Part shown: one piece after another, positions 1 to 8,648 of the stretch | Layout of the letters: every line of letters starts with the position of its first letter | Numbering within the stretch: the stretch's first letter is position 1 | Origin: Candidatus Limnocylindrales bacterium | GTDB taxonomy: Bacteria > Chloroflexota > Limnocylindria > Limnocylindrales > CSP1-4 | DNA: 42,111 nt | Reading direction: 5' to 3' | NCBI GenBank assembly: GCA_038211705.1 | Contig: JBBQVJ010000003.1 | Coordinates: 1-42,111, forward strand | Notes under the pieces: model-generated | Database searches by the model: none | What the model was told of the DNA's origin: nothing | The model's input: the letters and a program-made list of their open reading frames with translations, nothing else | Translations under genes and position numbers: made by a program

Positions 1-131
1 AACGCGCCTGGCGCCACAAAGCGCACGGCGCGTCGTCGTCCGGTGGATGATAGGCCCGCTTCGAGAAAGGTGTCAAACGTGGTGAGGCGTCGGCCGATGG
101 GCCCGCAGTCCGCTTCGGTCGGGCCACGCAC

Positions 132-152
132 CGATACCCCCTGGGGGTATCG
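132..152. promoter_or_regulatory. Perfect 21-bp palindrome CGATACCCCC-T-GGGGGTATCG, CsoR/RcnR-like operator
   Basis: 10-bp perfect inverted arms read directly. The ATA-C tract-G tract-TAT layout resembles CsoR-family operators. It ends 10 bp upstream of the putative dnaA -35. Confidence 0.55.
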
Positions 153-162
153 CAGAATCGTC

Positions 163-192
163 TTGCGGCTCGCCTTCGGGCGGTGCTATCCT
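163..192 (+). promoter_or_regulatory. Putative sigma70 promoter for dnaA
   Basis: TTGCGG (163-168), 18-bp spacer, extended -10 TG-c-TATCCT (184-192). Confidence 0.5.
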
Positions 193-378
193 CTCCGGGC
201 CCTCGGCGCCGGAGACGTACGTGGGAAGTCCCCCGAAGCCCGACCAGGATCCTCGGGAACGTGATCGACCGGTGCCTAGAGAACAGCCTGTCCGAGCGCG
301 AGCGACCCTTGGCCACGAGCACGACCGTACCCGACGCTACCCATCATCCAGCCCTACACCGCAGGATCCCATCGACGA

Positions 379-1782
379 ATGGACGCACGACAAGTCTGGC
401 GGGCGGCTCTCGGAGAGCTCCAGGTCTCGCTCTCCCCGGCCAATTTCGAGACGTGGCTGCGCGACACCCAGCTGGTGGATGTCGATGAGCAACGGTTCCG
501 GATCGCAGTCCCGAACGGGTTCGCGAAGGACTGGCTCGAGTCGCGCTACCGCTCGCTGATCAGCCAGACCCTGGCCCGCATCGTGGGCTACAGCGTCCAA
601 GTCGAATTCGTCATCGGCGCCACCCCCGAGAACCCGGCCGCCGAGGCTGAGGGGGATCCGGCGCCGACGGCGTCGGCTCCCACGGCGGCGACGAGCGGGC
701 CGGTCGGGCGGCAGCAGGTCCGGGTCGAACCCACCCGGGTCGGCGGTGAGGGTGGCACGACCTACCTCAACCCGCGCTACACCTTCGCCAACTTCATCGT
801 CGGTTCGGCCAACCGGCTCGCCCACGCGGCCAGCCTGTCGGTCGCGGAACGACCGGGCCACGCCTACAACCCGCTCTTCCTGTACGGCGGGGTCGGTCTC
901 GGCAAGACCCACCTGATGCACGCCATCGGCAACCAGGTCATCGCCAAGTTCCCGCGCAAGCGCGTCGTCTATGCGACGAGCGAGAAATTCACCAACGAGT
1001 TCATCGCCTCGATCCAGCAGGGCAAGATCGACGAGTTCCGGGCCCGCTATCGGCGGATCGACCTGCTGCTCATCGACGACATCCAGTTCATCGCCGACAA
1101 GGAACGGACGCAGGAAGAGTTCTTCCATACGTTCAACGCGATCCACGAGGACAGCAAGCAGATCGTGCTGTCGTCGGACCGGCCGCCGAAGGCGATCGTG
1201 ACCCTCGAGGAGCGGCTTCGCAGCCGCTTCGAATGGGGCCTCCTCGCGGACCTGACGGCGCCGGACCTCGAGACGCGCATCGCGATCCTTCGGGCGAAAG
1301 CGGAAGAGGGCGCGGTCCCGGTCACGTCGGACGTCATCGAGTTCATCGCTCGCAAGGTCGTCAGCAACATCCGCGAGCTCGAGGGCGCCCTCAACCGGAT
1401 CGTGGCCTACGCGAGCATGGGCGCCATGCCGATCGGCATCGAGCTCGCCCAGGCGGTCCTCTCCAACGTCCTCTACAACCCCAAGAAGCGCCAGGTCACC
1501 CCGGAGCGCATCGCCCGGGTGGTGTCGGAGTACTACAGCGTCCCGATGGACGTGCTGGCCGGCCAGAAGCGCGACAAGGCGATCGTCGTCCCGCGCCAGA
1601 TCGCGATGTTCCTGATGCGCGAGGAGACCGATGTCTCGCTGCTGCGGATCGGGGCCGAGCTCGGCGGGCGCGACCACTCGACGGTCCTCCATGCCTGCGA
1701 CAAGATCAACCGCGAGGTCGCCGTCAACGACGAGCTGCGCCGCGAGATCGCCGCGGTCCGGGAGCTGATCTACGCCGACTGA
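379..1782 (+). CDS. dnaA: Chromosomal replication initiator DnaA
   Basis: LNPRYTFANF, YNPLFLYGGVGLGKTHL (Walker A), LLIDDIQF (Walker B), RLRSRFEWGL and the domain IV motif GGRDHSTVLHA. Confidence 0.99.
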   Translation: MDARQVWRAALGELQVSLSPANFETWLRDTQLVDVDEQRFRIAVPNGFAKDWLESRYRSLISQTLARIVGYSVQVEFVIGATPENPAAEAEGDPAPTASAPTAATSGPVGRQQVRVEPTRVGGEGGTTYLNPRYTFANFIVGSANRLAHAASLSVAERPGHAYNPLFLYGGVGLGKTHLMHAIGNQVIAKFPRKRVVYATSEKFTNEFIASIQQGKIDEFRARYRRIDLLLIDDIQFIADKERTQEEFFHTFNAIHEDSKQIVLSSDRPPKAIVTLEERLRSRFEWGLLADLTAPDLETRIAILRAKAEEGAVPVTSDVIEFIARKVVSNIRELEGALNRIVAYASMGAMPIGIELAQAVLSNVLYNPKKRQVTPERIARVVSEYYSVPMDVLAGQKRDKAIVVPRQIAMFLMREETDVSLLRIGAELGGRDHSTVLHACDKINREVAVNDELRREIAAVRELIYAD

Positions 1783-1848
1783 CCCGCGCCGCGGGGTCGC
1801 GCGCCGGGCTCGTCAGACGCCACGCGACAGGGTTCCAGGACCACCTGC

Positions 1849-2145
1849 TGTGGATAACGCCACGAATTCGGTGGAAAAGGGCGCCCGGTTGTGGACATCC
1901 GGGGTCTGTGACCGGCCCGAACCCGTCGGTCGGCGTGGAGATCCAAAGGGTCCCCGACCGATGTCCCGGCGCCTTCCCGGATCCGTCCACCGCCCGTCCG
2001 CCGCATGGTCCCGGATCGGACCTGAACCGTCCACCGTCGTGGCGCACTCGTCCACCGCCCGTCCGAACGGGACGGAGCGCGACGTTCCACCGAGTCCACA
2101 CCATGACTACGGTGATGACGGGATGAGAAGATAGAGAGAAGATAC
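1849..2145. promoter_or_regulatory. Putative oriC with DnaA-box array and unwinding element
   Basis: Perfect box TGTGGATAA at 1849-1857. Degenerate GTGGA-oriented boxes at 1870, 1890, 1934 and TCCAC-oriented boxes at 1983, 2027, 2048, 2083, 2092. The abutting last pair is followed by trio-like triplets and a GA-rich tract. Located between dnaA and dnaN. Confidence 0.8.
1984..2065 (+). repeat. 17-bp direct repeat CGTCCACCGCCCGTCCG (1984-2000 and 2049-2065)
   Basis: Two exact copies 65 bp apart, each overlapping a degenerate DnaA box. Confidence 0.85.
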
Positions 2146-2267
2146 CCACCACTACCGACCCTGCCCGATCCGCGGATCCCGAACCGACCCTGGCAAGCCC
2201 GACCACCGGCCCGAACCCCTACCGCGGACCCGTGGCCTCGAATCGACAAGCGTGGAGTGAGCCCGAC

Positions 2268-3386
2268 GTGAAACTCTCGGTCATGCAGGAGAACCTGGCG
2301 CGCGGCCTGTCAGTCGTCAGTCGTGCGGTGTCGAACCGGAGCACGCTCCCGGTCCTGGCGAACGTCCTGCTCAAGACGGAGGACGCCGGGCTCAAGCTGA
2401 CGGCCACGAACCTCGAGATCGGGATCGTCTACTGGGTGCCCGGCAAGATCGAGACCGATGGCGCAACGACCGTCCCGGCCAAGCTCCTGACCGACCTCGT
2501 CAACTCGCTGCCGGCCAGCGATCGGGTCGATCTCGCGCTTGGCGCGGGCGACACGCTCGACCTGCGCTGCGGCCGGTTCGAGACCCACATCAAGGGCATC
2601 GATGCCGACGAGTTCCCGGCCATCGGGGCGGCAGGCGAACGACCGACGACCCGGATCGCTCAGAACGTCCTGCGCCGGGCCCTGGCCGAGACCGCCTTCG
2701 CGGCCGCCAGCGACGAGGCCCGGCCCATCCTGACCGGTGTCCTGGCCAGGTTCGAGGGCGACCAGCTGACGCTCGCCGCGGCGGACAACTACCGGATCGC
2801 GGTCAAGACCATCCCGATCCTCGACGCGGTGCCTGAGACGAGCGTCGTCATCCCGGCCCGCGCCCTCAATGAGCTGGCCCGGATCCTGGCCGACGTCGAC
2901 GAGCCGGTCGAGGTGGTCCTTGCCGGTCAGCGCAACCAGATCCTGTTCCACCTCGATGGTATCGATCTCGTGAGCCGGCTCATCGATGGCCAGTTCCCGA
3001 ACTACCAGCAGGTCGTGCCCCAGAGCCACACGACCCGGGCGATCCTCGATCGCGAGGAGCTCCTGCGGGCTGTCCGGCCGGCGGCCCTGATCGCCCACGA
3101 GTCGGCCAACATCGTCAAGCTCCAGGTCAGCTCCGACGGCGAACCCGGCATCACCGTCAGTGCCAACGCCGAGGTCGGCGACCTGGTCGGCCAGGTCGAG
3201 GCCGCGGTCGAGGGCGACGGCACGACCATCGCGTTCAACGCCCGGTATCTGGCTGACGTGCTGACCAACGTCGACGCCGAGCAGTTCGCCCTCGAACTCA
3301 ACGGGCCGCTTTCGCCCGGTGTCTTCAAGCCGGTCGGCGACGACCACTACATCCACGTGGTCATGCCCGTCCGGACCACGTCCTAG
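2268..3386 (+). CDS. dnaN: DNA polymerase III beta sliding clamp
   Basis: STLPVLANVLL, LTATNLEIG, DEARPILTGV, SRLIDGQFPNY, IAFNARYL and VVMPVR. GTG start at 2268 after GGAG. Confidence 0.98.
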   Translation: MKLSVMQENLARGLSVVSRAVSNRSTLPVLANVLLKTEDAGLKLTATNLEIGIVYWVPGKIETDGATTVPAKLLTDLVNSLPASDRVDLALGAGDTLDLRCGRFETHIKGIDADEFPAIGAAGERPTTRIAQNVLRRALAETAFAAASDEARPILTGVLARFEGDQLTLAAADNYRIAVKTIPILDAVPETSVVIPARALNELARILADVDEPVEVVLAGQRNQILFHLDGIDLVSRLIDGQFPNYQQVVPQSHTTRAILDREELLRAVRPAALIAHESANIVKLQVSSDGEPGITVSANAEVGDLVGQVEAAVEGDGTTIAFNARYLADVLTNVDAEQFALELNGPLSPGVFKPVGDDHYIHVVMPVRTTS

Positions 3387-3432
3387 CCCAGTATCCGGAG
3401 GCCGGCCCGGGTCCGCCCGGGATCGGACGACC

Positions 3433-4617
3433 CTGCTCGAGACGATCCGCCTGCTCGATCTCCGGGGCTACGCGTCGCTCGACGCGGCGTTCGGTCCCGG
3501 CCCGCATCTCGTCTGGGGTCCCAACGCGGCCGGCAAGACGAGCCTGCTCGAGGGGATGGTCCTGCTCGCCTGGGGCCGTTCCCACCGGACGACGACCGAC
3601 GGCGAGCTGATCCGGTGGGGGACCGATCTGGCCCGGGTCGAGGGCTCGATCGGGCGTGACACGGTCGAGGTGGCGATCGTGCGGGCCGGCGCCAACGGCA
3701 CGGCCGGCCGGAAGCGCATCCGGGTCAACGGCCTGGGCCGCCGCGCGAACGGCCTGGCCGGGTTGTTGCGGATCGTCCTGTTCGCGCCAGAGGAGATGCT
3801 CCTCATCGCCGGGTCGCCGTCGCTCCGGCGGGCGGTCATCGACCAGCTGGCCATCTCGAGCTCGCCGGCCTATGCCGACGCGTTCGCGACGTATGGCCGA
3901 ACGCTCCAACAACGCAACAGCCTGCTCCGGGCCATCCGCGAGGAGGGCGCCTCGCGCGACGAGCTGCGGTTCTGGGACGGCACCTTCCTCGATGCCGGGG
4001 CCGCGATCGTCGGCGAGCGACGGCGCTTGCTCGAGGTGCTGGCGGGACCGCTCGCCGCGGCCCATGCCGAGATCGCGCCGGACGAAGCGGCCATGGCGCG
4101 ACTGACGCTGCGCTACGAGACCAACGCACCGCCACTCCCCGGTGAGTCGCCACGCGACGCGCTGGTGCGCCGGCTGGCCGAGACCGCCGAGAAGGAAGTC
4201 TGGAACGGGTCGACGCTCATCGGCCCCCATCGCGACGACCTTGTGTTCGGGCTCGACGGCCGCGATCTGGCGTCGTTCGCTTCGCGCGGCCAGCAGCGGA
4301 CTGCGATCCTCGCACTCAAGCTGGCCGAGCTCGATGTCGTCACGGCGATCGATGGCCGGCCTCCACTCCTCCTGCTCGACGACGTCTTCTCCGAGCTCGA
4401 CCCGGACCGCCGGTCGCACCTCGTCCGGCGCATCGCCGCGCTGCCGCAGGCCTTCGTGACGACCACGACCCTCGACGACCTCGATCCCGAGCTGCGAGCG
4501 ATCGCCACCGCCTGGGAGGTGCGGACCGGACCGGCCGGTGCGACCCTCGTCCGGGGCGGATCCCCGACCCCCGAGGCCAACGACGGGGAGCCACTCGACG
4601 CCGGTGCGCCGCGATGA
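3433..4617 (+). CDS. recF: DNA replication/repair protein RecF (start uncertain)
   Basis: GPNAAGKTSLLE Walker A, GRSHR, GSPSLRR, GPHRDDL, ASRGQQRT and LLLDDVFSELD. No in-frame ATG/GTG/TTG between the dnaN stop and the conserved N-terminal strand, so CTG at 3433 was chosen. Confidence 0.95.
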   Translation: MLETIRLLDLRGYASLDAAFGPGPHLVWGPNAAGKTSLLEGMVLLAWGRSHRTTTDGELIRWGTDLARVEGSIGRDTVEVAIVRAGANGTAGRKRIRVNGLGRRANGLAGLLRIVLFAPEEMLLIAGSPSLRRAVIDQLAISSSPAYADAFATYGRTLQQRNSLLRAIREEGASRDELRFWDGTFLDAGAAIVGERRRLLEVLAGPLAAAHAEIAPDEAAMARLTLRYETNAPPLPGESPRDALVRRLAETAEKEVWNGSTLIGPHRDDLVFGLDGRDLASFASRGQQRTAILALKLAELDVVTAIDGRPPLLLLDDVFSELDPDRRSHLVRRIAALPQAFVTTTTLDDLDPELRAIATAWEVRTGPAGATLVRGGSPTPEANDGEPLDAGAPR

Positions 4618-4946
4618 GCGCCCCGCGCCGCCGGCCGATGGTTCGGCTCGGCGACCTCATCCCGGACGCGGCGCGCGCGCTTGGCCTCGAAGACGAGCTG
4701 CGGCTGTCGCGGGCGATCGCCACCTTCGAGGCGCTCGTCGCGGAGCGGGTCCCGGCCGCGGCCGGTGCCTGCCGGGTGATCCGACTCGAGGGGTTCACGC
4801 TCGATGTTGAGGCCGATGCCCCGATCGTCGCGCAGGAGTTGCGACTCCGCAGCCCCGAGCTGCTGGCCGCCTTTGCCGCCGCGCCGGGTGGGGTCGGCGC
4901 GAGGGAACTCCGGGTCCACGTCCGTCGGGGGGGTCCCCGCGTATAA
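4614..4946 (+). CDS. DUF721/DciA-family helicase loader-like protein
   Basis: 110 aa directly after recF with an ATGA overlap. RLGDLI...LDVEADAPIVAQELRLRSPELL pattern resembles DUF721. Confidence 0.75.
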   Translation: MSAPRRRPMVRLGDLIPDAARALGLEDELRLSRAIATFEALVAERVPAAAGACRVIRLEGFTLDVEADAPIVAQELRLRSPELLAAFAAAPGGVGARELRVHVRRGGPRV

Positions 4947-4947
4947 T
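4942..4947 (+). promoter_or_regulatory. Consensus -10 TATAAT overlapping the DUF721 stop codon
   Basis: Exact TATAAT in GC-rich DNA about 130 bp upstream of the 5079 gene. Confidence 0.5.
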
Positions 4948-5078
4948 CCCGGTCACCTGCCAGCCACCTCCGAGGCGACCGACCGCGGCTGAAGCGACGC
5001 CAAGCCCGATCCGACCTCGCCCCGCCCGTCACCGCGTCCCTTCCGGCGAGGGGATCCGCCCGATCACGAGAGGCCCGG

Positions 5079-7346
5079 ATGGCCGTACGGCTCCAGATGA
5101 AACTCGGCGTCGTCGCCGAACACGACCGACTCGCCGACTCTCCCGACACGCTCGTGGTGGTCGAACCGAGCGTCGGGTCCGTCGCGCGCTCGAAGGGTCA
5201 CCTGTACCTCCTGGTGACCTCCCGGATCTCGTCGCGCCACGCCCTCGAGGCCACCCGGCTGGCGGCCGAGACGATCCGAAACGAGTACTACTACGACGAA
5301 TCGGCGGGCATCCGGGTCTGCCTCCAGAAGGCCATCGCGACGGCCAACAAGCGGCTCGCCCACCAGGCCGACCGCCTGGGGCTGAAGTCGCCGGACGGGA
5401 ACGGGCCGCTCGGGATCGGCGTGGCGGTCGTCCGCGGCAGCGAGATGTACGTGGCGACGGTGGGGCCGGCGGAGGCCTACCTGATCCGCCAGGCGCGGCT
5501 GTCGACGCTGCCTGACCCGCACCGCGAGCGCGGGCTGCCGTCCGGCGCGCTGGAGCCCGACGTCTGGCGCGGTGAGATCTCGGTCGGTGATTCGCTCGTC
5601 CTAGTGTCGCCCAACGTGATCGCCAAGCTGGGCGCCGACGAGCTCAAGGACGCGATGCTGACGCTCCATCCGCAATCGGCCATGGAGCATCTCCACCAGC
5701 GCTTCGTGGCGGCTGACGGCTCGGGCAGCGACGGCGCCATCGCCTTCGAGGCAACCGAGGTCTCGTCGACCAGCCGAGCGCGGACCCTGGTCCCGGTCCG
5801 ACCGGCCGAGCCGCTGGCCGGGGCGCCGGATCGTTCACCGATCCCGCTGGCCGACAACGTCCAGGCGGCCGGGATCGCGGTCAGCGCGGCGGCCGGCAGC
5901 GCCCGAACCGCGGCCGGCGGCGCGATCGAGCGCACGTTCGCCCGCGTCCAGGACCTGATGCCCCAGCGCAAACCGGCCTACCGACGCGTCACGCCGCTGG
6001 CTTCGCGGCGCGAGACGCAACGCCGAGCCGCCGTCGCGATCCTCGCCCTCGTCGTCGTGGTCGGTGGCCTCGGGCTCGGCGTCTACGCTTTCGGTGGCAG
6101 CACCCCGACCGGGGCCATCAGCTCGGTCACGGCGGGCCAGAAGGCGCTCGAGCAGGCCAGGGCGGACCTGGCCAAGGTGACCGGCTCGGGCATCGATCTC
6201 ATCACCGACGACCCGGACCAGGCGCTTGGCCTGTTGACCGACGCGCACAAGCAGCTCGACATCGCGGCCGCCGCCAGCGTCAGCGCCACTGTCATCGCGC
6301 CGCTGCGCAAGCAGACCGAGGCCGGCCTCGACCGGCTGTACGGCGTCGTCCCGGTCGCCTCGACCAACCTGTACACGTTCAAGCCGGCGGAGGGCGCCCC
6401 GCCGATCGACCTCGCACAGATGGTCCGCGGCCCCGACGGCAACCCGTACGTCATCGATCGCTCGACCAAGACGGTCTACCGGATCGGGCTCAAGACGGCC
6501 GAGGCGACGGTCGTCGTCAAGGCCGGCACGAAGGCCAAGGGCGGGACGGTGGGGACCCCGCGCTACCTGGGCGTCGGTGGCCAGGACCTGCTCATCCTCG
6601 ATTCGAAGAACGTCCTGTGGCGCTGGCGTCCGGCCAACGATTCGGGCAAGGGCACGCTGACCAAGGTCACCCTCGATGGCGCGGCGTCGCTCGGCGACGA
6701 CATCATGGGCATCAACACGTTCCTGCGGCCCGGGACGCGCGGTCTGTATAACCTGTACATCGTCGATCCGTCCGAGCAGCAGATCCGGGCCTACTCGCCG
6801 GCCGCCGACGGCAGCGGCTTCCCCGTCAAGGCGACCCCCTGGCTGGCGACCGCTCGAGACGTCTCGACGATGACCTCGACCTACGTCGATGGCGACCTCT
6901 TTGCGGCGGATGGCGGGTCTCTGGTGCGCTTCGTGGGTGGCAAGAACGAGGGCTGGGGCGCCAAGGACCCCAAGGACTCGCTGCTCCGGCCGGCGCCCCG
7001 ATACTCGATCGTGGCCGCCGGCTCGGCCCGGCGCGAGGGCTCGATCTATGGCTTCGATCTGCCCAATGCCAGGCTGATCGCACTGGCCAAGGTCGACGGC
7101 AAGTACGTCGCGCAGTACCGCCTGGCCGGCGGCCGGGAGGACTGGACCGACCTTCGGGCGATGTACGTCATCGCCGGCGCCGATCAGTCGCCATCGACGC
7201 TCGTCTGGCTGTCGCGCGACGGCGTCCACCAGGCGATCCTAGTGGCCGTCCCCGACGCTGGACCGTCGGCCAGCCCCGGCGCTTCGGCGGCACCGTCCGC
7301 CTCGACCGCCCCGACCAAGACGCCGAAGCCGACCACGAAGCCCTGA
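5079..7346 (+). CDS. Membrane protein: degenerate PP2C-like domain, single TM helix, extracytoplasmic beta-propeller and Pro/Thr tail
   Basis: PP2C-fold motifs LQKAIATAN, YVATVGPAEAYLIR, GDSLVLVS and GSDG. TM AVAILALVVVVGGLGLGVYAFG. Repeated blades such as GNPYVIDR, DLLILDSK and NLYIVDP. GAGG RBS. Confidence 0.75.
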   Translation: MAVRLQMKLGVVAEHDRLADSPDTLVVVEPSVGSVARSKGHLYLLVTSRISSRHALEATRLAAETIRNEYYYDESAGIRVCLQKAIATANKRLAHQADRLGLKSPDGNGPLGIGVAVVRGSEMYVATVGPAEAYLIRQARLSTLPDPHRERGLPSGALEPDVWRGEISVGDSLVLVSPNVIAKLGADELKDAMLTLHPQSAMEHLHQRFVAADGSGSDGAIAFEATEVSSTSRARTLVPVRPAEPLAGAPDRSPIPLADNVQAAGIAVSAAAGSARTAAGGAIERTFARVQDLMPQRKPAYRRVTPLASRRETQRRAAVAILALVVVVGGLGLGVYAFGGSTPTGAISSVTAGQKALEQARADLAKVTGSGIDLITDDPDQALGLLTDAHKQLDIAAAASVSATVIAPLRKQTEAGLDRLYGVVPVASTNLYTFKPAEGAPPIDLAQMVRGPDGNPYVIDRSTKTVYRIGLKTAEATVVVKAGTKAKGGTVGTPRYLGVGGQDLLILDSKNVLWRWRPANDSGKGTLTKVTLDGAASLGDDIMGINTFLRPGTRGLYNLYIVDPSEQQIRAYSPAADGSGFPVKATPWLATARDVSTMTSTYVDGDLFAADGGSLVRFVGGKNEGWGAKDPKDSLLRPAPRYSIVAAGSARREGSIYGFDLPNARLIALAKVDGKYVAQYRLAGGREDWTDLRAMYVIAGADQSPSTLVWLSRDGVHQAILVAVPDAGPSASPGASAAPSASTAPTKTPKPTTKP

Positions 7347-7359
7347 CCCGGGCCCAGCC

Positions 7360-8082
7360 ATGATCCCGCTCAGGGACGCCAATCCGACCCGGCGGACACC
7401 GCTGATCACGCTGACCCTGGTCATCGCCTGCTTCGTCGCCTTCGCCTGGGAGCTCGGGCTGATGGCCAGTGGCGGCGAGGCCGCGCTCGACGCGTTCATC
7501 ACGAACTGGGGGGTCGTGCCCGCCGACCTGACCGCGGCCTGGACTCGGGGCGACTACCTCTCGCATGAGACCGCGACCCTGCTGACCAGCCAGTTCCTGC
7601 ACGCCAGCTGGCTCCACCTGCTGGGCAACATGCTGTACCTGTGGATCTTCGGGAACAATGTCGAGGATCGGTTCGGGCGGCTCGGGTTCCTCGGCTTCTA
7701 TCTCCTTGGCGGGGCGCTCGCCGGCATCTCCCAGGTCGCCATCGATCCGACCTCGACGGTGCCCACCATCGGGGCCTCTGGCGCGATCGCGGCGACGCTC
7801 GGGGCGTACTTCGTGCTCTTCCCGCGGGCGCGTGTGACGTCGCTCGTCTTCCTCGGCTTCTTCTACCAGCTCATCGACGTCCCGGCCGTGATCGTCCTGG
7901 GTTTCTGGTTCGTCCTCCAGCTGATCGATGGCCTGACCGCGCTGGGGCTCATCCAGACCGGCGGCGGGGTTGCCTTTTATGCCCACATCGGCGGGTTCGT
8001 GGTGGGCGCATTGATGGCCAAGGTCGCGATCGGCCTGGGCGGGCGGTTGCGCCGGCCGTCGACCCCGCGTGCCGTGGGATAA
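7360..8082 (+). CDS. Rhomboid family intramembrane serine protease
   Basis: MIPLRD N-terminus, FLHASWLHLLGNMLYLWIFGNNVEDRFG, catalytic GASG and AHIGG. Confidence 0.95.
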   Translation: MIPLRDANPTRRTPLITLTLVIACFVAFAWELGLMASGGEAALDAFITNWGVVPADLTAAWTRGDYLSHETATLLTSQFLHASWLHLLGNMLYLWIFGNNVEDRFGRLGFLGFYLLGGALAGISQVAIDPTSTVPTIGASGAIAATLGAYFVLFPRARVTSLVFLGFFYQLIDVPAVIVLGFWFVLQLIDGLTALGLIQTGGGVAFYAHIGGFVVGALMAKVAIGLGGRLRRPSTPRAVG

Positions 8083-8089
8083 TCGATCG

Positions 8090-8644
8090 ATGGACGACGG
8101 GCTGGTCGAGATGGTCGTCGAGAGCGTCCGGGTCCACATGCTCTCCAGCCGCCATGTGGTCATCCTCAAGGAGGCCGACCGGGACCGCTATCTCCCGATC
8201 TGGATCGGCCCGTGGGAGGCCAGCGCGATCGCCATGAAGCTCCAGGGCCTGACCCCGGAGCGACCCCTCACCCACGACCTCTTCGCGACCACCCTCGAGG
8301 AGCTCGGGGCGAGGATCGACCGGGTCGTCATCAGCGAGCTCGCCGACGAGACGTTCCACGCCCGGATCCTGCTCGAGCGCGACGGCCGCATCGTGGAGGT
8401 GGACGCCCGCCCGTCTGATGCGCTGGCGCTGGCCGTGCGAGCCGCCGTCCGGATCTTCGCGGCCGAGGCCGTCCTCGAGCAGGCGGCGCTGGGTGGCGAC
8501 GGCGGGATCGTCGACGACGAGGTCGGCGAGGGTTCGACGCTCGAGGCGACCGGCGAGAACCTCGTCGACCCGCGGCTCGACGTCTTCCGCGACTTCGTGA
8601 ACTCGCTCGACGTCGATCAGGAGGGCGAGGGCCGCTCGAGCTGA
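8090..8644 (+). CDS. Bifunctional nuclease family protein (DUF151)
   Basis: RYLPIWIGPWEASAI, RPLTHDL and DARPSDALALA. ATG at 8090 lies 6 nt after TG-g-GATAAT, so probably leaderless. Confidence 0.93.
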   Translation: MDDGLVEMVVESVRVHMLSSRHVVILKEADRDRYLPIWIGPWEASAIAMKLQGLTPERPLTHDLFATTLEELGARIDRVVISELADETFHARILLERDGRIVEVDARPSDALALAVRAAVRIFAAEAVLEQAALGGDGGIVDDEVGEGSTLEATGENLVDPRLDVFRDFVNSLDVDQEGEGRSS

Positions 8645-8648
8645 CGGG

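Noticed and set aside
193-378. Riboswitch or ncRNA in the ~180-nt dnaA leader
   Set aside because: No recognisable conserved motif by eye. A covariance-model search would be needed.
1984-2065. 17-bp repeats as a CRISPR array or plasmid iterons
   Set aside because: Only two short copies, containing DnaA-box cores, with no cas or rep genes.
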